Shown: positions 25,669-41,180, counted from the whole stretch's first letter. The stretch: DNA of 63,729 nt, filler included, from Rhabdomonas costata (GCA_019059605.1; 26 parts of 26 records of this genome joined end to end with filler, not necessarily neighbours in it), one strand, 5' to 3'. Notes: generated from the letters alone by a model not told the origin. A program made the numbers and translations.

Positions 25669-28118
25669 TGTGATTCATTGTCAAGGAATCTTCTACAGCA
25701 ATCGAGAAGCTGGCACCAGAGATGCCGCTACAGAAAAAAATCCAGTCCATCGAATACCCTCATGCTCAAGGCTTAGCCACTGACTGGCTGGACCCTTGCC
25801 AATGTCTTAAGAGCATTGCTCAGAAGGTGGCATGCTGTTGTGTGTCTGCAGTGGTCTCTTGATTGGGGTTGTTTTTCAGCCTCCCTTATCATCCAGCCAG
25901 AAGCAGAAGAGAATATTTTCAGGCATGGTTCCCCACCCCAAGGAAAAACAACACAAAACCCCCCAAAACGGTTTTTTCACGTTGCTGTTGTCGCCCTTGT
26001 CCTGCATCCCATCACTCCACTGAGCTGTGCATTTTTCCGGTTTCCGCCGTGCAATCTCATATATTTTGCACAATCGCGCAGCGATAATTTCAACTAAATA
26101 TCGAAATTTTCGGTTGTAAGCGAGCTTTACTACCTTGCCATATACTTTTTATTCACATCCAGGCGATCGGATCACCTGTCAGGCGGAAGCGGTACTGTGT
26201 CCTTCAGTCCTTACCGGTGGAGGGTGGGCCGTTCTCTGTATGCGCTCTTCTCTTTTTGTATTCCTATTCCACGATGATAGTGTCTTTTTTTTTTGCTGCC
26301 TTGTATGCAGTGCAGACTTCGGTGTGTCTTGTGCGTGAATCTTGTCTTGAGGGGGTGGGGAGGCAGCACCATGCACCCTGGAGAGGGATCGGCCATCTCC
26401 TTCCTGGTGATTCGGCGGGTCTCAATGCAGGCTGAGTGGGCTGGGTTGTGAGGTGCAACCGGAACTCGCTTTTGCCAGGGCACGAGGGTAGTAGGCGCCA
26501 GCATGCTGTGGTCGGTTGCGGTGAGGCATTTTCAATGCCATCTTTGCTATTTTGGTTTTTTGTTGGGTGGGGTCATTACACGTTCGGCATGTGCTGCGCC
26601 CGAGCCCTTCCTAGGGTGTACCCCACCACTCCCCAAAGTCGTTTCTAGGAAAGGCTCGGGCGCAGCACATTCCGAATTCATCCATCCATCCCGGCTGCTC
26701 ACATTTGGGCCAGAATGTTCTTGCACCGCATCACCCCCTCAGAGGCAAGCTTGGTGCCGGGCTCGATCTCCATGACTTTTTGGTAATCTTCCGCGGCTTT
26801 CTTGTACTTCTCAAGGCCCTGTTAAAAGTCAAATCACACCCACCAACTCCAACACGTCCATGCCTACAGACACACCCCCGCGGTTTTCGCCTACAACTGA
26901 AGTNNNNNNNNNNNNNNNNNNNNNNNNNNNNNNNNNNNNNNNNNNNNTTAATTAATTAANNNNNNNNNNNNNNNNNNNNNNNNNNNNNNNNNNNNNNNNN
27001 NNNATGTGATTTTTGGTTTGGGGTGGTCTTCATTGTGCTGTCCAAGTTCATGCCCAGCGTTTCGCTTTCCCTGTTGTGTGGTTTTTTGTGGCTTTGTTGA
27101 GAAGGTGGCGCGTCCGTTCCCCATCTCATTGTCGTCCCTTTTGGAGAACGACAGTGTGTTGGCTTTGCCGTTTGTAGCGTAAAAGCTGCCTTTGTGAGAG
27201 AACACGCCCAGGCAGGTGGCGTGGTGACATTATAGCAGAAGTGGTTCGGGGTGGGGGTGGGGGGTGCCAAGATGAGGCAGTGGGCGTCGACCTGTGACCT
27301 CATTTAGATCTGGGACTTAGCCCAGAAAGGCTCTGGTCTCCTGAGGTCCTCGCTGCAAAAGCTTGTTGAGGTTGAGGCATTTCACGTGCTTTTTCTTTGT
27401 ATTTTTAAGGATAGCTGCACCCCGAAACTCAGGGGTCGTCGCCTCGGCAGGAAGGATTGGGGGTGGGGGAACAATTACAAAAATTGTTAAAAATGCAATT
27501 GCCCGTCTGAGTTTTTGCCAAAAAAAAAGCAGTTCCTTTTTTCCCGGTTTTTCGCCTTGTTCATTATCCAGTAATTGCCTTTGAGCCGTTTTCATCTTTC
27601 TGCTGTACAAAAAATAGCATCTCTAATTCCTCCTTCTCGCAATTGTTTGGAGCGGAACCAGACACCCCAGCTCAGCTGAAAAATACCTTTATATTTTTGC
27701 GAAATAAAAACTCGACAAAGCCCGAAAGAAATGGGCCTTACAATGGACAGTGGTTCGGTTTTTCCCATTCCCCCGCCGGTCTGCGTTGGACACAGAAAAG
27801 TGTAGGGCCCGGAGGGACACTGTCATTTTCCAACCAACAGTGAGTGCATTCATTTTTTAGTTGCACTGAAGATCAAGGGTTCAGGAATGCAAGCTCTTGC
27901 GGTATCGTCTTTTCCCCCTCACCACCTTAGGCGCGAGCCTGAGCCACCTCAGCGCAGCAGGAATGGATGATCTTTTGTAACCTCCCTCCCCCATCACCAT
28001 GTAAACGGGACGTAAGCAAGAGCAGTTCTTGCCTGGTTTCCGTTGCGCTGTTTTTTTGAAGGCTGTAGTGGCTTCTCGCTCTCCTTTTGGCCAGGATTCA
28101 CTGGCTTTTGGCGGTAGA

Positions 28119-29358
28119 ATGGCTTCGTCTGCACAAGCTTGGACCTTTGAGAAGAGCCAGCAGTGGTACTGTCACGTCAGGATCCACACGGCCAGTACGT
28201 CTCTGGGGTTGAACTGCGTTTCCTCCGACGACACCGTTGTTCGAGTGCGCCCTTTTACAGACAACCGGTATCCGACTCGTCCCTTGGATTCGGTCTCCGT
28301 CGCATTTGTAGAGCCTTACGCCCACACCATGGCCTACGCCCTCCTTCCGTATGTCCTAGGAAAGGTCCCGAAGGAGCAACTTCATCAGGCTACCCAGGAG
28401 GACACCCGGTGCTGCGTTTGGGGGATTTTCGACGCCCACCTCCTGCCTTATGCTTGGCAACGCGGCTTTAAGGCCTCCTTGGTCCCCCTGGATCCTCGTC
28501 CAAAACATGACCCGGTCTTGAACACAGAGCGGCCCAAGCTTTTCCGCTTGGAGCACCGGGACGGAAAGGTGCCTCCATTTTTTGTCCTTGCGGTGTTTCC
28601 TTGAAAGGACTGCGTCTACCATTACGGTCGGCTTGTCCACCAGGTCCTTGAGCTGATGCGCCGTGGCTCCGCGCATACTCTTTTGGAGGTCCGCCGCTTC
28701 CCTGAGATTGAGAGCAGTCTTGAGCAATGGACGGGGTTGGAGCACGTCCCTGTCAAGCTTGGGGATGTGGTTATTCTCGGTCATGTTCGACACTACGCGG
28801 AGCGACTCCTTCTACTGGACGTGAAATCAGCTTGCCCGATTTTCAGAACGTCGGGGTGGACCCTTTCTTCCATGTTCAGCTCAGCTGAGGCGAGAATGAG
28901 CCAAATTCTTGCCGAGCAGGAAAGGATCCTGAACGACGCGCTTTGCAATGAGCAGGACTTCTACGAAAGGCTGAAGGTTGAGCAGCCCTCACTGGACTTC
29001 CAGAACTTTCTCTGGCTTGGCCTTCCGTTCTACGCAGAGTGCACTCGACCCCACAAATTGCCATCTGCCCCGACACGCGTCCTACTCCTAGGAGCTCAGT
29101 ACAGCTACTGGGGAGACATCTGTCGCTTTGTGGCTCGATCCCTGTTTCGAAAGACACATTACGTGATTTACGCGGCGAAGTGTGGCACGATGCTGAGTGC
29201 GAAGAAGATCGAGAGCATTGTTGCCCCTCATGAGTACATCTTGGTGGAGGAGCCTGATGACAGCCCTGAATCAGGCAAAGATGTTGGTTCACCGGGGACA
29301 AATTTTCATGTTCAACTTTCCCACGTTGGTGGCCGAATGGCAAGGGAAAGATGTCTGT
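28119..29358 (+). CDS. Nucleoside-phosphorylase-fold-like hypothetical protein with an in-frame TGA at 28602-28604 (truncated by contig end)
   Basis: ORFs 28029-28604 and 28656 onward are in the same frame, giving about 410 codons broken by one TGA. Motifs VLLLGAQYSYWGDICRFVARSL and YVIYAAKCGT resemble PNP/UDP-fold segments (xxIxxGxxG). Confidence 0.6.
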
Positions 29359-29599
29359 NNNNNNNNNNNNNNNNNNNNNNNNNNNNNNNNNNNNNNNNNN
29401 NNTTAATTAATTAANNNNNNNNNNNNNNNNNNNNNNNNNNNNNNNNNNNNNNNNNNNNGTGGTGTAAGATGGTTTTCCGTGATCCCGAACTTTGTGATTT
29501 GTGATTTCCACAGGGGGCGCCTCAACCCTACCTTTATTACCGTAACGATACGAGGTACGAGTGTAGTGTAGGGTTTACTGTATAGGGATGTGTGTGTGT

Positions 29600-29633
<34 letters not shown>

Positions 29634-29700
29634 CAATTTTAAGTGGAGTTTCTTTTTGCGCGAAGTAGTCGAAGCCGCAGGGGGAGGTGTTTTGTCCTAC

Positions 29701-31519
29701 CCCCATGTTAGTGTGTTAGGAAGCTGTCCAATGGAGGTGGTCCGGACCGCCGACTCGAAGGCCAGGTGGTAGCACTGGCGAGAATATTTGATCCGGCCAG
29801 CCCCCTCCGTCGACTTAGCCAATTTCTTCTCAAAAACGCTAAAAAAAAATCGCGTTTTTGACTATAAAACGAAGTAGACTTCGAGTCCACAGAAAAAGTG
29901 ACCTCCTCCCCCCCCAGACAGCGCTCCTTCAAAGCAGCCAAGTAACAATTCCGTGGTTCGGTCGGCAAGGATAATAACAAGTCGGCTAAAGCACTTCTGT
30001 CACATGATGAGCGCAACCCCCACAAGGCACTGAAGCCCAAACGGCTCAACAAAAAAGGGGGAGACCTTCAGCTGCAGCGCCGCGTTCAAGGCGAGCTGGT
30101 CATGGACCTGCCTCTTCCACGAGCCTTCCAGGTGCCCAAGCTCCGCCGTAACGTCATGCAGCCCAGCCATCTCGGCCAGGGCGCCCGTGGGGTCCCCAGA
30201 GGGGGTCAGCCCCTGCGCCCGCTGGGCCAGCTCCTCTTGGAGCACGTGGCTGCCCGCCACGGCGGTGCGGCACAGAAGCTGCCCAGCCTGTACCTGGAGC
30301 TCCGGGGGGAAGTCTGACGCCGTGGTGCGCTCCATGAGATCACTTTGAAGGGATGAGGGCGAAGGAAGATGGATGGAGAGAGCAAATCCCTTGGTGCCAC
30401 ACCTATCATCATCACGAAGGCATCATCCTATCATCACGAAGGCAAATGCAGGTACGTCGATTTCGACGTCTTCAGCTCACAGCCACGTTGCGAGTTCCCA
30501 AGAGAGGAAACGCGGTACTGGCCTGTGCAATTGAGCGAATGCTTCAAAGTTTTTGCCGACAACCTGCTCCTGCGCCTGTGGCAGCACCGACTTTCCGTCT
30601 CTCACCACAAACGCAACAGCGATCATTGAAGCTAAAGCAACTCACAGAAGGGGGTGGCGTACTCAAACGGAGTGACGTTGTGAAGAACGGCTGGGTCAAA
30701 GGCATCGTCCGAGAGGGGAAGCGGGTACCGCACAAGCATGTAGCTGCGAAGAAATCATTGAGCAGGACCAATCGCCAAAGAAAGGGCACTTGCACACCAC
30801 ACATACCAAGATCCTATACCGTCTGATGGTGGTGTGTAATCCGAAAAATACCGTATCAACAGCAGCACCAATAGGTTCAGTCACTTCAGGTCAGGTAAAT
30901 AGGAGAATGGAAAACAAGCACGCAATAACAGCAGACAGCGGACAGCACAGGCAAAGCGACAGCGGCAGCAGGACGGGTTCGAAGGGTTCGCATACCCCAG
31001 AAGCGGGGTGTAGGCACTCAGCAAGATGCTGTCCTGGTCCGAGAACGCTCCGGAGGACCTCCGGAATTCCACAACTCCAACCGCTTTTCTGCGCCACAGG
31101 CATTTTGGCAACGGTCACTGTTCGTCATTAGTACATAAGACTGTCAACCAAAGGGCAGGGTGTTGTGCCTGGAACACATGACACTGAAGGCTGCTAAGGG
31201 AGCCACCACCATATCGATGCAGGTTTGCAAATATCAAACTGAACTGCAGCAACACTGCTGCAAAGTCGAACTTTGTCCTGCGATTATTTTCACAAGTTAC
31301 CAGCACAAGGAAGGGCAAACAGGGTCAACGCCAGCGCGTTTCCGGAAGCGCATGAGCTGAAGTGTAGAGGGGGTGTGGGCCTGGCGCCGGAGTAGGAGTG
31401 GACAGGGAAGAACAGGCTGGGCTGCGGTACCACCTCGGAGCCCTGGCCCTCCTCAGCATCGGCGTACTTCTCCACCATCAGCGCAATCCCCGAGGACAAC
31501 ACAGTGCCCAGCGTTCCCA
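29701..31519 (-). CDS. GAF-domain-containing protein, internal exons (31519-31381, 31088-30996, 30342-30066, 29774-about 29701)
   Basis: Spliced: ...PSLFFPVHSYSGAR|KAVGVVEFRRSSGAFSDQDSILLSAYTPLLG|DLMERT..., a typical GAF C-terminal P...vGV...FsxxD..lL pattern. The first intron needs a GC donor. Confidence 0.65.
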
Positions 31520-34375
31520 CTGAAAAGGCAGTTCCCCCCACCCTGACGGTTTTATAATGGAACATCCAAAGCAGAGTACATTCAGACAAGTCAAAAAAAA
31601 AGGTGGGGGGAAATGCTTCGAATACAAGGCAGGTAGGATAGGATCAAGGCAAACGCCTTTACAAGCAACTTTACGACTTCCATGTCCAGACTCCAGTGCT
31701 CACTTTACTGAGAGCGGGAGTGAGAGAACACCTATAGTCCCTTCCAAAGTTCGGTGCAAAGACGATTCCCAACATGACTTTCGAGGCCTCCCGCCGAAAA
31801 CTGGAAACAAACCACACCCCCNNNNNNNNNNNNNNNNNNNNNNNNNNNNNNNNNNNNNNNNNNNNTTAATTAATTAANNNNNNNNNNNNNNNNNNNNNNN
31901 NNNNNNNNNNNNNNNNNNNNNTGTGGTGGGTGTGGTTGGGTAGGTGCTGAGAGGAGTATCAGAGAAGCGAATGAGGTAAATAGGTGGGCGTTTTAAAGAC
32001 TTTGAATTCTATTTGAGGGTTGACGACCTTGGTCACGAAAGGCCTTTGCGATTGCAGCTCCATGTACGAGTGCAGAATTTCCCAAGAAAAACCCCTGGTC
32101 AAAGCTAAGGCCTACTCATAAAAACCCTCGCCGTGCACACTCACCTCAAAAAGCCTGACGGGTGCCAAGTCCAAGCTTTGGGGAAGACAGCGCAAAGCCC
32201 CCAAACTGTCTGCTCTTTGACCGCCTGGTTTGGCCTCGTCGCTGGCTCAACATCAAGAATGCACGTGCTGTGTGTTAACAGCGGGTGACTGGGGAAGGCG
32301 GGTCATGTCGAGTTAGTCCCTCAGCTTTTGGCGGCCGGAAAAGCGCTTGGCTACAGGAGCGGTGGGGGGAGGCTGGCGGCACATGGCGTTCACCCCGATG
32401 CAATTCTTGACATTTCTAAAGAGCTTCGGCCTTCGCGTAGCCCCACTTCAGAGTCCGGGTTGTAGCCAACCTATGCCAAGTTATGGTGCGAGCGAATTGG
32501 GTGAGGCTTTTTTTAAACGATCCGGGAACTGCTGCACAAGAAAATTCGCCAACGCGCAAGCTTCATCAAAGCAGGCGAAGGTGAAGACGAAGAAAAAGGA
32601 ACTCGGGGGCCGTGGGGAGTGGTAGAAACGTGGTACACGGGTGAGGCGCAGTATCCTTCGAGATTTTTTGAAGCAATTTGCAAAGGTTTTCACTCCCTTG
32701 GGTGCTTTTATTGTAGTTTTGCGTCAAAAGGAACAATTGCTTGATTCCGCTTGAAGTGAAATCCTACGAATGAAGTTCGGGATTGGATGGGATCCTGACT
32801 TTCCCTTCAGGGAGCAGACTTTTCCAGTCTGGTGGCATCCTGATGGGAAATACGGAAGCGAGGTTTCTTGTTCATCTTTCACCCCTGCAGGGATTTGCAA
32901 TCGGCCACCTTTGTTGATGTTGTGCACTGAATTGTCTTGATTGCTTATTTAGGAGTACAGGTTGGCTGATTTCCGCGCAACCCGTGACCCTGTTCTTGTA
33001 GCGTTGGAGCCACCTGTCCGAGATAAGCGAGGTAAGCGCAAAGTGGTTTGGACTGTTTGTGTGTGGGGAGGGCGCCCAAATGTGCCTGGTAAGTGGTCAC
33101 GAGTGCACCAGGTCCAGTAAGTGTGACACTCCCTCCGCTGTTCAGCTGGGAGACGGCGCGGTACGCTGCACTCGGGTGCACTGGGGGCGATCAATCAGCG
33201 GCTGCTCCTTCAAAACGCCCGCAGCCATAAATTAAACGGTGTCCCTCAAGTTGTGTGAGCGGGTGATGTCCCCAGTCCGCCAGCAAAAGCAAGGTTCAAC
33301 TCCAGGACTCCCCATATCGCCTCGTTATGGGAACGTCCGCGGTGGGATTCGATTCCAGGGAGCCCACTCCATCTCTGCTAAGGTTGTAATACGCAAAAGT
33401 AGTCTTTTGTTTTCGTTGTCGCGGTCTCTTTTCTTACCTTTGCTTTTTCACAGGCAACTTTGACTCTGACCTGTCCATACAAGAGTACACCTCGTGGATG
33501 AAGTGGTTGTGACTGTTTTTCTGTTTCTTGTTTATCGTTTTTCTTCTTGGAACAGTTGCCTTCTCCCAATGTCCTGGTGATCTCCACCCGTGTCGCGTTT
33601 TTGTCCTACAGGGAATTTGCTGTTTTCCAAAAGGAAATCGGCTTGGTTCGCGCTGAGTTCACCTCTTGCATGTACCGTAACTCTGCCATCATGAAGAAGT
33701 TGGCCTGCCTTGATCTCAAAAAGAAATATTTTGACTTCGGCCACCTGAGGCAGAACTATTACCGAGCACTGTATGTTGTTTTACTTTTTGACCTTGCTGA
33801 ACTTTCGCTCTCTTTTTTTTTGCGCATTTGCGCATTTAGCGCCTTTTTCACAAAAGAATTTGTGTCACAGTGGTGTGACTTTGCTCAGTTCAAAAGAATT
33901 GGATTGTGCTTTGTGGCCATTAATAGCATAGTCAGAATAACCAGGGAAGCCTTGCAGCACAACACACCCAGTAAGCTTCATGATAGGCCTGGCGCCGTTT
34001 TCCAGGGGGTTGTCCGCAGATGCATAATGTTTTTGGTTTTCACTGTAGAGATCGAACTCATGTGTATGAACCGATTTTGAGCCAATTAACGCCATTTAGC
34101 TCCATTTTTTATTGATGGCGCACCTAAACTTATTGGGCACACCGAAGATAAAAGGGGGGGTCCCCCCCCCAACAACAACTTCCCAGGGTTAGGATGCAAT
34201 GCCTGCACTCGTTTTTGTCAGCCATGTTTACCATTTTTGATTTGGAAGCTCCGAGCCTTTTTTGCCACACAAACANNNNNNNNNNNNNNNNNNNNNNNNN
34301 NNNNNNNNNNNNNNNNNNNTTAATTAATTAANNNNNNNNNNNNNNNNNNNNNNNNNNNNNNNNNNNNNNNNNNNN

Positions 34376-35039
34376 GTTGGTTTGTCTGCAATGAATTCCT
34401 GGTTTGCATCACCAGTGTGGACTGCGAGGGCCCGCACTGGGACCTTGGTTGCCGGGGCACGACTCTTCAAGAACTACCAGAGTCTGTCAGCGAAATGTCC
34501 TTGTTGCAGCTGTGGTGAAGAGGTCGACGTGCAGGTTCTCATAGCGTGCCCTTCTACTGGGTCGGCATACTGCGCTGCCATTGTTGTAGAATTTGGCGGG
34601 CTGGTGGCGTTGTTCCCTCCTGCTGCAACGGATTGGCGCTCATTTGACGCTGCTCTCCGTGGGCTTCGACCCGCGGTCGGTGATGGACTTTATCCCCGCA
34701 CAGGTGGACTGGCTGAGCCGCAACCTCTCCCGAAACTTTCATTTGACCGTGGTCACGCGTGTGACCGAGGTAGTTGGGCGGCGGGTGTGCGTTATCTCTT
34801 CGTAGTCGGACCGGGCGGTCTCGTCTTCCTCGGGGGATTCTCGGTTGGCCACTGTCAGAACGTTGACGGAGCTTCTCCGAGGCGAACGCGCTGATCCTCC
34901 TGTCCCTGCCAGAGCTGTGCCTCGGACCTTCAAGGGCGCCGCTGCTGCAGTTCGTGCGGCAGCGACCCGCCTGCATCTGTGGCCTCCCACCTTCGTGAAG
35001 CCCCTTAGGCGAGTCGGTGGCCCCCTCCTGCTCCCGTGA
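34376..35039 (+). mobile_element. Decayed 3' end of a non-LTR (LINE) retrotransposon ORF2
   Basis: ARARTGTLVAGARLF...KCPCCSCGEEVDVQVLIACP resembles the C-terminal CCHC zinc knuckle (CxxC...HxLxxCP) of LINE ORF2. Frameshifted downstream. Confidence 0.6.
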
Positions 35040-36246
35040 GAGGCCGAGCAAGGAACACATTCCAATTGCTTTGCCTGTGATAAGCATGACTTGGTTTGGA
35101 CAACGCCATCGATGTGAAAATCTTTATGGGAAGAACTTGATGGAAAGGAATACAATGTACGCCCCTACATTCGCACAATTAGGTCTTTCTTTCGAATAAT
35201 ACGAATATTTCCTTTCCTCTGTGTGGTGCCAAAACTCTTGCGTACAATGGTTGAGCTGCTCTAATCAAATAGACAAGAACACAATATTAAAACTGAAAGA
35301 ACTAGGACTTAACCGCTTGCCGCAATCCTCTCGGAAGATCTACCGATACGAGAACCAAACTGAACCGCACCACAGCTACCTTTCGGGGACGACATCTTTG
35401 AAAACAACACGTCTGGAAGTCTGGTGGAAGCCGGGCACTCCTTGAAGCCGAGAAAAAAGTCCCTGACAAAGATTATCAATCATGACAAAAGCGCATAAAA
35501 AAGCCAGGAAGACAACGGTTGGTGCTCCTACCAGCTCAAAATCGAAAGCAAGAATGGGAAGGCACAGGCCACGGCACCTTGGATTGAGTCAGCTCCACCC
35601 CAACGCCGGAGATGGAACTGCCCGACAGAACCCGAGCCACCTCGATGAACTCAGCCACGCTAATCGGCCCGCCCTCAGGAGAGCAGCTCTGCAGGCGAAC
35701 CACCTGCAAGGCCTCCCTGACGGCGAGGTCCCCAGAGAAGCTGACCGAGCCCGCGCTGAACCCAAAAACAGAGGACACGTCACAGATAGCAAAGAATAGA
35801 TGAGCAGGTGAACAAATGAACAGGTGCACTACCACGGAAACTGAAACAAAGAAAGCCAACCTTAGCAAACAACGCCGAAAAAACCTGCAAAAAGTATCAT
35901 TAAGCCACCTGCCCATTTTTCGAAGTGGAAGTGAGCGTAACTGGGATTTTTCAAGTGACGCAGACAAAAACATAACCCTGACGGAAGGGGATATTGTTCC
36001 TCATCCATTGAAAACGTCAAGTGTGCAATTCGTGAAATTCCGCAGCAGAACGGCAATGGATTGCGAGGAGAACGTTCAGGCTTCACTACTTCCCCACATC
36101 TTAAATGCTCGACAATGTCTCCGCTCAGCTTTCCCAAGCTTTTCGTACGACTGCCAACTTGTTTGTTGCCCAAGCACGTCACGCTCCCCTGTCATGTTTG
36201 GAGCGGGCGTGCTCCTTGCAAAGGGCCCCCACCTTCCATCCAGTAC

Positions 36247-36427
36247 CCACCAGAACGTCGCGGGTGGAGACCACCCCGAAGCGCTCCGCGAGCTCGGCCA
36301 GGGGCGCGAAGGCGGAGAAGTCGACGCCCTGCGTGCAGGGCTCGCAGCTGTGGCTCGTCTCAAACGCGGGCCGGCCGAAGACCCGGTTGGCGAAGGTGGA
36401 CTTCCCGCTGCGCGTCGGGCCGGCCAC
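36247..36427 (-). CDS. Exon of a P-loop GTPase, GBP/atlastin-like (G1 and G2 region)
   Basis: AG...GT-bounded exon VAGPTRSGKSTFANRVFGRPAFETSHSCEPCTQGVD (GxxRxGKS and CTxG motifs). A further coding-like exon lies near 35755-35580. Confidence 0.65.
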
Positions 36428-36830
36428 CTTAATGAACTGACCCCCACAACCCAAACCCCATCCACCAATCCTTGTCAAGCGGTCAGAAGCAAGGAGGGAC
36501 CACCAGCACTTCTTCGACAGGACACTCGTATTGCACTGGGTGCCAGTGGTCTTAGGGGCAAACTATTACGCACCCCCACGCTTCCAAAAATATCCCTGAC
36601 GCCTCATTTTGATAAGAAGTTTATTGGCAGCGGATAAGTGCTTCACTCGTAATAAATAACACAGCGCGCCTGACTGGTTTTAATAGCAGACTGTTACGCA
36701 GAAGAACATGGTCAAAAACTCCCCAAAACANNNNNNNNNNNNNNNNNNNNNNNNNNNNNNNNNNNNNNNNNNNNTTAATTAATTAANNNNNNNNNNNNNN
36801 NNNNNNNNNNNNNNNNNNNNNNNNNNNNNN

Positions 36831-38710
<1,880 letters not shown>

Positions 38711-39899
38711 GTACGTTGTGCTCCCATACAAAACACATCCAGACGCAACAAGCTTGCACGGGAGGACTGCGCCCTCATTGCAGAAAGCCCGGGAAGTGCT
38801 TCCCCATTCCCTTCCTCCCACCGCATGGGGGGGGGGCGCTGTGATTGTACCACTGTATGTGTGCGATGAAGTCGTGAAAGAGCCTGGTCTTCCCGTTGGT
38901 TTCCGTGGTCACACTGCTTCCTTGCAATCTGGGGAAATCCTGGAATGCCTTTCCTTATTTCTTGCAGGTCCCTGTAGATCTCTTCTCCGCAATTAATGGT
39001 TCCGCTTTAGATTTAAATCGGCTCCTAATTCAGAGCCCGAGTGCCGCGGCACAGTGTTTTACCGTAGCCAACCGTGGTCAACTGAAGACGTTACATGAGG
39101 TTAAATTTTGTAGGCGTTCGAGCAAAACTCGCGAGGTTATGCTCCCCTCCCCCCGACCCCGTAGCGCTGCGCCCGACGCTCAGCGNNNNNNNNNNNNNNN
39201 NNNNNNNNNNNNNNNNNNNNNNNNNNNNNTTAATTAATTAANNNNNNNNNNNNNNNNNNNNNNNNNNNNNNNNNNNNNNNNNNNNGGGGTTTGTTTTGTC
39301 CTCTTATTTTCATATTCATTCACTGATTTATGTATTATTGCTCTCTTCGTTTGTGTTTTATAGTTCTTATCCGTTAACATCATGTATAAATCTTTCAGAT
39401 CTTGTAATGTCTCATATATTATCTTTTCGTTCTCCGCAAGTATTGTTATGTCATAACATGATCTTAACAATTTTATATCAAATATTATCATATCTATATT
39501 TCTAAATATTAATCGTCTTGTATACCAATGTACTCTCGCATTTGGAATCTATATTCTATAAATTATATATATTCTATAAGTTAAGTTTAAGTTTCGCAAA
39601 TGATACTACGTATATATTTCTTTTATTCGTTTGTGTCCTTATTTCTTCTGCTTCTACAAATATATATGAAATATGATATATGAAATACAGTATGCGTAGT
39701 ATAAATGGTTATTGCACATGAGGTTGTGTATATAGTCGTCAGTGCAAGTGCCTCGCCCGCTCTGTCCGTTTGCTGCTGCCGCCGCCTCCTTGCCTTTGTG
39801 TTCTAAAAAAATCGCATGAAAAAGCGCAGCGTGAAACTGCTTCTGTTCATCGCCCGAGTAGGTGAACACAATAAGGCGACGGCGATTCTTAACTGTGTC

Positions 39900-40660
39900 T
39901 AGCACGTTCCATCGCCGTCAGAGATCACTTCTACGTTGATCTCGGCGTCAGTTGCGTATAATGCTACACGAAGCATGTGTGCCACGTTTTTAGCGTATTT
40001 TGGGATGTAACCGCACAACACACAATCTGAAACGAAACTTTTGTTGTTTCTGCCCAGACTAGTGGTGTCCATTGGTAAAGTGTTGAGCTTCGCCTCGCTC
40101 CGCCCGCGCACCACTTTTGTGTTCTAGCACCAGAACGGTGTAAACGCTGTTGAATCGTCAAGACTCCCGCAGCTCCAACTCCCATTGTAGTATCGGACAG
40201 CGACTGCGTCGGAATGCTTGCGGGTCTGCTTGATTTTTTCGAATTGGTAGAGCCACTGGAGAATGGTAATTCGCTTGCCGTCCCAATCGGGAGTGTGTGG
40301 GTCTTTTTCGGGAAAACCGGCAATGATCGCCCTGGTGCTGTCGGCTGTGCCGATGCCATTCGGTTCATTTGCTCGGCAAGATTTTGGCATATCCAACCGA
40401 TGTCGGTTGCAATTCTGTTGTGGGCACTTGCCCGGGTCGAATGATTGGACCTTAAAAACTCTCGGTTTGTCGAAACGTGTCTGTTTGCAATTGCGGTCGA
40501 CTAGTCCGACGACCAGAGTTCCCGCTGCTTCAATGAACTGTTGATACTAATTGTTGATGAACCTGCCGGCTTCCTGGGAGAAAAGCTCGAGTTGCTGATG
40601 GACATCAAAAAACAGCGTTCGATTGCTTGACGTAAGATTTTCACGGCGTGGAGGGCCCTA
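39900..40660 (-). mobile_element. Decayed LTR-retrotransposon gag-like ORF
   Basis: PHTPDWDGKRITILQWLYQFEKIKQTRKHSDAVAVRY resembles Ty3/gypsy Gag (PxxFDG...WLxxFE...D). Interrupted by stops. Confidence 0.45.
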
Positions 40661-41180
40661 AGTGGGCGGCCGACGCCGCTTCGTAAGCTGTAAACAGATT
40701 AGTTCGCTTCGACTGACTGACTGCAAGTGCAGGTAATCGAGCCCGTTGAGAAAAGCGATCAGCAGAGCTTTTTCTCGACCTATTTCAGATGTGGACGATT
40801 TGCCTGGAACTGGCTGAAAACCAGATTGAAGTTTCCATCCACCATTTTTAACTGCGTTGCGATGGAAGGTTGGATATGCAGCCAAGCATGAGACTGGACG
40901 CTGGTATGTCGAAAACAGTAGTAGAGCAGCAAACGCACAAATGCGAAACAAACGCACGCGCGCGCACGCACACGCACACGAGTCGGGGACACGCGCACAC
41001 AAACAGGTGGTTGCACAAGGTTTGAATTCGTTTGAATGCAAATGAGGCCATTCCTCAAGTGCTCTGTTGCTCTGAGAACTCTCCCACATCCGTGGCCGCT
41101 GCTTTTGGGAGGGAGCGGTAGCGACTCCTTCTTCCCCTGCTGGGTGGTTGTCCTTAAGAAACCTCATTCGCGCGTTAAAA

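Noticed and set aside
28602-28604. Genome-wide TGA reassignment
   Set aside because: TGA terminates the kinesin-14 (61704) and apparently the genes ending at 10359 and 21401, and no other conserved exon contains an in-frame TGA.
29590-29632. (GT)n run, and similar runs at 790-830, 51645-51690 and 55225-55250
   Set aside because: Ordinary microsatellites; the derived CVCV/HTHT ORFs are spurious.
31922-34275. Several medium ORFs (for example 33547-34080, 32945-33181)
   Set aside because: No recognisable motifs, splice-consistent exons or host-like codon bias; probably decayed repeat DNA.
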